Of a stretch of 64,000 nt of DNA, positions 59,125 to 64,000 are shown one piece after another. The DNA comes from Cladosporium halotolerans. Its lineage: Eukaryota. Position 1 is the stretch's first letter, and each line of letters opens with the position of its first letter. The notes under the pieces were generated by a model, which did no database searches, was not told where the DNA came from, and saw nothing but the letters and a program-made list of their open reading frames with translations. Both the position numbers and the translations under genes were made by a program. The stretch lies in the NCBI RefSeq assembly GCF_011745625.1, contig NW_027191460.1, positions 496,001-560,000 of the forward strand, in the 5' to 3' direction.

Positions 59125-60893
59125 CTAGTCTTGTGTCATGATTTCCCGCGCCAACTTGCTCTTCGCTCTGATTGCCGGCCCATACAACAGCAATACCCAG
59201 GGCACGACGGTCAGAATGAATCCCAGACCGCCCAAGCATCCGCCTGCGCCTTGAAAAGTCATCGTGTCAAACATCTGTGTAGTGAAGAGCGGAAAGGCGC
59301 CGGCTAACAGGTTGCGACAGAAGCTCTGAGCCGCCAGCGCACTACTAGCGTATTGATGATACGAATCGGCCAGGTAGTTGAATGTCGCCAGATATATGCT
59401 GCCGATGCCAATCGCGGCACAACCGACTCCAATCGCTGGAACGATCCATGGGCACTGTGGGTACGCTCCAGAGATTCCGAGCCATATAATGCCAACGGGT
59501 AGAAGCACAGATTCTACACAAGCAAAATACAGTCTGCCTTCTGGTGTCTGGAGAAGCGAGCGGTGCTTCTCAGGCAGGTGATTTAAGCCCCAATCCTCCT
59601 GGTAGACGGCAACAAACAGAAAGACGACGCTCGCGACACAGACCGCTGAGAAGACCGCGTTGCTTTGTTGAACATTGAATCCATATGTCTTTCGGAAAAT
59701 GTGCGGAACAGCGTCCAGGGTCATGTAGAGTACCGCCCAGGAAAAGCTGATCCAGATACTGAAGAAGAATACGACGGGCTCGGTTAAAAGCATGTGGAAC
59801 GGGCGATAAAGACTGATGCGAATCATGGTGAGAAAACTGCTGCGCTCCTCGTAGGCCTTGCATTTCCAGCGGATCCGTTGGATTCGTTGAGCCGACTTCT
59901 CGTCCTCGCTGGACTCAGGCATGATGACGCCGTAGTAACCTGCTGATTCCAACTGATCGTAGTATGCGTTCAACTTCTCAACCTTACGGCACAAGAGGAT
60001 CGATCCTCTTGTTTCTTTAAAGAAGAAGATCATGAAAGCCAAAAGGGCGCTGTCGATGATGATCTGCAGGTAAAATATCCTGGCTATGAGTCAGCCGCTG
60101 GATCTTCAAGCTCCCCCCTCCAGAATGAAACAAACCATCTCCATGTCGTGTTTTCCGCAATAAAGCCGCTGACCAGAGGTCCCAGCCCGGTGCCCATCAA
60201 TGTGGAGGCTGAAACGAGAGTCATGGCGGTATTCCTGTCCTTGGCGTGATAGACGTCGCTCACGACGCCACCTACCACGGTACTGAAAGTACTACTGGCA
60301 CATCCCACCAAAAACCGGGCCACGAGCATCCCAGCGAATGTTGGAGTGACAGCACAGAGGACTTGGAAAATGACAAAGAACAGCCCGCAACTGAGGAATA
60401 CGGGACGCCTGCCGTTAATCTCGGAGAACGGTGCTAGAAGCATTGGCGTGAGGCAGAATCCACAAGTGAAGAGCGTGACTCCGAGTAAACCGGCAACTTC
60501 CCCAATATGCCACTCTTCCCTCATTTGAGTGATGCCAGGAACATACGCTCCGGCGTTATAGGCTGTGAAAATAGTCGCAATACAGCTCAGCGAGACGATG
60601 AAGCTTTTCCTCGACTCGGACCAGAGGAAAGGCGATGTGTATTCGCTGAGATCCGGACACGCAGGTGGCGGACTTTCATGGCCTTGCATGCACAACGGTG
60701 CTGGCAGTTCCGTTTCCCACTTCAAATAGTACCACGTGATCTCATCACGGATTACACATCCATCCAGACCAATGGTGCTCGGCAACCCACTGGTTGAGAA
60801 TGTCTTGATTTCGTCCACGGCCAGGGGCATGTGCGAACCTTGGACTTGGTCTTCGATTGGGTCTCGAGGCAGTTCGACCTCTGCACTCGCCAT
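59125..60893 (-). CDS. MFS DHA1 multidrug/polyamine transporter
   Basis: PFLWSESRK, LAPFSEINGRRPVF, TVVGGVVSDVY, FFKETRG, RPFHMLLTEPVV, PEGRL, YLADSYHQYASSA; intron 60135-60080. Confidence 0.92.
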
Positions 60894-61987
60894 GACAGCC
60901 ACAGGGTACGATGACTATCCGGAAGAAATCCAGGACGGCAAAAGAATGAGTTGGACTGGGTGATGCGGGGCAACAACATAAATAGTGCACGATGCTTTTC
61001 AAAAAGTCGACTGGAGGAGATGCAATCGAAGTTCGAGCCGCTCTGCGATCACCCACGCGCCTTGGATCGTCTCGGTAAAGTCGACGCTGCCGGTATTGAT
61101 CCATGTTGCGACCATGATCTCGAGATGAGCCTTGGAGCCTCAGCTGCAAGCGAGAGTCATACGTACATACGCGCGCCCTTCGGCTTCACGTTTGGGGTTA
61201 GATGAAGCTCGTCTAACCCCTGAGGCAAGCATGTGGCTTACCGACAACGAATCGCGGCGAAGATGCGTCATGATAGGCAGTGAGGATTGCCAACCTTGCC
61301 TGGAGTTACCACATTCGGAACCATGGCCGCTTCCGAGTGTCGATGTAGGAAGGCAAGGGAAGAAGGAGCTTCTGGCGTGCAAATCGTGGTGGAGAATCTC
61401 CCGCATGCAGCGCTTTGGCCCAAACTCGTGCCGCCAAAACGTTGTCATTCAGACGCGCACACAGCAGCAACGCCACGACTTGATATTCTGACCCTTGTGA
61501 GTGTGATAGAAAAGAGATCTAGAAGCTTTACTTCATCAAAACTCTGCCACTTCTAGGACGTATCTCGTTACGTATTAACACGCTATATTATGGCGTAGCG
61601 ACACGTCGCTGGCTGGCGATACACAACATCACGAAGGACATCTAGGCTGAACAGAGCTGATACATCCTGAGAGACCTTGCTCAGCCACCGATCAGATTCC
61701 GACCCACATCAACTTCACTATGTCGTGGTCGTAGCCTCGTCCGTTCAAACATCTATTCCCCTCCCCACAAGACTCCAGGAAGAGAGATCCTTGTATCAGG
61801 TGACCCTGGTAGACATTCTGAAGAATTTAGAGCGAGCGAACGACCCAAACACGAGTACAGCTGCACTCGAGCGATGAAGATCCGGTTTTGGGTGAACCTG
61901 TCTTAGCATGACAAGCTCTTTTACCCTTCGTTGTGTCTCTGGCTGACCCTCTCATTTGATCCTGTCGTCTGTGGCGTCTGTCATCGT

Positions 61988-63766
61988 CTATGCTGCATTC
62001 TGCCCCGTCTCTTCTTCTCCCTTCTTCTGAGTAGGAAGTCTCGACCACGGACAAAGCAAGCTCACAATAACCGCAACCCCAGCCATACCAATTGCCACCG
62101 CGAACGCAGCCCTGAGACCTTCGGTGTAAGCAGAAATGACACTCGGAAGTTCACGTGCTGAAAAGACAACCCGAAGCTCCGCCGCCCCTGCCTCTGTCAC
62201 CCTTGTCGGATCCACTCCTGAAGCCGTACTGGCCAGAGCCACGAGCAGTCGATTTACGAACGCCGACTGCGCGGCGGAGATGCTGAACGCCCCGCCCAGA
62301 GTCTGGAAAACTGCCCAAGCCGGTAAGCGGGTTTCTCCTGTATGGAGTTGAGAAGAAGCACTCACACTGATTGACACTGCTCACGACCGCGATATCCGCA
62401 TCGTCGACGTGAGCCTGAGCAAGGCTGAGACAGTTCATGTACGGGAACGCAATCGCCGCCCCAGCAAGGACCTGGTAGCCAATCCACCTCGCAGCGGGCG
62501 TCTCCGTCCCCATGGAGAAGAACAAGCCGGCCGACACGCACGTGAGCGTCGCTCCCGCCGCCATGAAGGGCGTTGCGTGGCCCGTCGCCGCGACGGCGAA
62601 GCCGCCTGCGAGGATGGAAATGCCGAACGCGATGACTAGGGGCAAGTTGCGCACGCCGGACTGGAGCGGGCTCGCGCCGCGGATGCTTTGGAAGTAGATT
62701 GGGAGGTAGTACAGGACGACGAAGTAGGCGCCTGCGAAGGAGAACTGGAACGTGCAGGTTGTCCAGATTGCGCGGCGCTGGAGCAGCTTCCAGGGCAGCA
62801 TGGCGTGGTCTCCTTGGTGCAGTTCCCAGAACGCTAGGGTGGTGGTGATGAGGACGAAGCCGACCAGCAGGCCGATGACTTGGCTGCTCTTCCAGGAGTA
62901 TGAGACGCCTCCGTATTCGAGTGCGAGGATGAAGCAGACCATCCCTGATAGAGTCAGAGCAATGCCGACTACATCCATGTGCAGAAACGCCTGTTGCCAG
63001 CCGGCGTTGGTGGCCTTTGCCCCCGTTTCGAATTTCAGGAAGATCAGGATAAGACCTGCGACGACCGCTCCGAAGGGCAGGTTGATGTAGAAGCACCAGC
63101 GCCAAGTGATCTTGTCCGAAAACGCTCCTCCCAGAAGCGGACCCGTGATGTTGCCCAAAGCAGCTGCTAGACCAAGAAAGCCCATAAACATGGGTCGCAT
63201 TTTGGGGAAAGCATGGAGGGCAACGATCGTTGTCCCTCCAGTGGCGATTCCCGCACCACCGACGCCTGTGATGGCTCGGCCGATGATGAATGCAGTGGAG
63301 TTGGGAGCGACGCCGCAGATGAGACTGCCGAGCTCGAAGATTGCAATGGTGAGTAGGAAAGTGGGTTTCATCCGGAAGAACTTGCACACTTTTCCCCAGA
63401 AGGGCCTGAAGGCGCCGAGGGTGAGAAAGTACGCGGCGCCGTACCAAGAGACTTGTGCGAGGCCGTGGAGTTCATCCGTGATTTTGGGTATAGCCGTGCT
63501 GACGATCGTCTGTCTTTCGTTAGAGATGGAATTCAAGCAAACCACACGCTGGGACGGAGAAAATGATGCCCAATCAATACCTGGTCTAGAGTAGTCAGGA
63601 AGACAGCCAACATGATCGAGCCAACGATCAGACTGAGGGACAACGTTGATGAATGTTGATTTGAAGGCTCTGCCGAGATCACTCCATTGGAAGCTTCCTT
63701 TTCCTCGCGGCAAGACGAAGGAGCGAGTGCTTTGTCCGAAGCCATGTTCTCGTGTGCCGCTGCCAT
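61988..63766 (-). CDS. MFS DHA2 efflux pump (fungal toxin-pump type)
   Basis: VFLTTLDQ|TIVSTAIPKITDE, SWYGAAYFLT, TWRWCFYINLP, YYLPIYFQSIRG, Q|FFQTLGGAF; introns 63580-63510 and 62365-62311. Confidence 0.92.
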
Positions 63767-64000
63767 TGCGTTAAGGCGGTCAGCGATCAACAAGAAGACC
63801 AGAACTGTGAGTCTTTTGACCGGGACACACACGGTGCGAGTTATTAGTGCAATGATAGTCAGAACCACACTGCCTCATCACCATGGACTAGACAACATGA
63901 CTGTGCCTGAACCACGGTGGCTAAACCCAGCCTCTGAACCACCCACGGCGTACTCGCTTGTAGCTTGCTGATCCTTTGCCAAAACGATCAGCCGGGGAAA

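Noticed and set aside
1..64000. Transposons, RIP-degraded blocks, CRISPR arrays, rRNA
   Set aside because: No transposase/RT motifs, terminal repeats, long AT-rich blocks or spacer arrays were seen by eye.

Overview
Eukaryotic genomic DNA from a filamentous ascomycete. Short GT-AG introns with CTRAC branch points, the gene set and the VeA sequence suggest a Dothideomycete (probably Mycosphaerellales; inference). The first ~47 kb is a gene-dense core region: a Tfc7-like histidine phosphatase (3' end), RPL17 and NOP1 head-to-head, an HMG-box factor, a DDRGK-like protein, a DUF2347/DENND11-like protein, intron-containing tRNA-Val(AAC), an ATR1-type MFS transporter, LEU2, an elongase, two tandem PLOD-type glycosyltransferase-like paralogues, COX5, a long coiled-coil protein, RPC82, QCR2, ATP15, MAK10, an F-box-like orphan and veA behind a ~5 kb non-coding region. 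The last ~16 kb looks accessory: a GIT1-like permease, an internally deleted DUF3176-like pseudogene, a PTR2 transporter divergent from a 2OG-Fe(II) dioxygenase, a three-exon SRPBCC gene missed by the ORF track, and two MFS efflux pumps. Best leads: (1) two in-phase alternative last exons of the Tfc7-like phosphatase, one ending in the peroxisomal signal SRL; (2) an HMG box bracketed by two CxC motifs (possible zinc clasp); (3) a tandem glycosyltransferase pair, one intact-looking and one catalytically degenerate; (4) a DDRGK1-like protein without the DDRGK motif; (5) a coiled-coil protein with Zip1-like architecture. All family assignments come from motif recognition by eye; no searches were run.
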